Below, one piece after another: positions 63,247 through 64,000 of a stretch of DNA of 64,000 nt. The translations under genes and the position numbers were made by a program. The stretch is taken from the NCBI GenBank assembly GCA_023205875.1, contig CP060758.1, forward strand, positions 1-64,000, in the 5' to 3' direction. The notes beneath the pieces are model-generated. The model was not told the DNA's origin, made no database searches, and saw only the letters and a list, made by a program, of their open reading frames with translations. The DNA is from Chloropicon primus. Its lineage: Eukaryota. How positions within the stretch are numbered: the stretch's first letter is position 1; each line of letters starts with the position of its first letter.

Positions 63247-64000
63247 TTACGGTGCACACCCCAGGAGGAGGCGGCGAAACTACAGTCGCCTCTCCTCTTG
63301 CTCCGCGAGATAAGGGTTCGGTGAGAGACGTTAAATATACGAGCACAATAAGATCACAATAAGATCGTAACGGCGGAGGACGGCGAGGAGGACGAGAAGA
63401 CCGCGACCAGAGAGAGAGCGATGAGTTACCTCCTGGAATACTACAGCCGCGGGTTGCCGACGAAGAAGAGGAGACTGACGAATACTGGGACGTCATGTGA
63501 AGAAGGGGCTGGTGGCGCCACCCCGGCCGCGGTTCTCCAGGGGGATGGCGCCCAAGGATGGCGGGTGGCGCCCAAGGATTGTGGTGCCAATGTCTCTGTC
63601 TTCACCCACTTGCAGGGCAGCGGGCAGCCGTGCGGCAAGCCTGGACACCAACGCTTGCACAGTGGCCATGGCGACCTCCGCGGGACCTCATAGGGAGCGG
63701 GAGATGGCCGCCATCGAGGAGAACGCGGATCCGACGACGCTTCTCAATGCGGATGGACTTCTTGCCTCTCTTCGCTTCGCAGACGAATTAGCTGGCGCGC
63801 CGCCCACCCTTGCACGCGAGGGTACACGGGCGGAGCGAACTCGCGAGCCTGAGGAGCTGACCCTGGTCCGCGTGGTCCGAGGCCGTGGCGGAGTCCACCT
63901 GGAGCGCGTTGCGGGCTTGAAAGAACTGACCCACTGCATCGTCTTCCTCCGCGAGTCCCTTGCGCGGGAGGGGCTTGGGAACAAGCTCGCTGGTCAGGCG

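Noticed and set aside
63210..63360. Conventional intron-containing tRNA-Phe with a downstream 3' exon
   Set aside because: No T arm or acceptor complement downstream; the perfectly complementary 3' half is upstream

Overview
Left end of a chromosome from a compact, GC-rich green-algal nuclear genome. The telomere is (CCTAAAA)n, i.e. TTTTAGG, genes are intron-poor, and TGTAA poly(A) signals occur; this suggests Chloropicon or a relative (inference). The window opens with about 600 bp of telomere and a 198-bp subtelomeric tandem repeat. About 35 densely packed protein genes follow, separated by microsatellite-rich spacers. They include SWEET, two J-proteins, AMT, mS29/DAP3, organellar topoisomerase IA, CutA, FAM184-like, PAP2, ASD, SNU13, calmodulin, a CGFS glutaredoxin, UTP25, NBAS/Sec39, ALG10, TVP23, SCP2, TEN1, an AGC kinase, a YABBY-like factor, UGPase, poly(A) polymerase and PTEN. 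The standout finding is a circularly permuted tRNA-Phe(GAA) gene: the 3' half (63067-63102) lies upstream of the 5' half (63210-63246), with complementary leader and trailer and an upstream TATA box. Other notable items are a YABBY-architecture gene in a unicellular alga, a topoisomerase IA with a C-terminal HMG-like box, an inverted AMT fragment facing away from the intact AMT gene, and a tandem pair of unknown membrane proteins sharing a CxSPLFAxQCP motif. All family calls come from motif recognition by eye; no database search was run.
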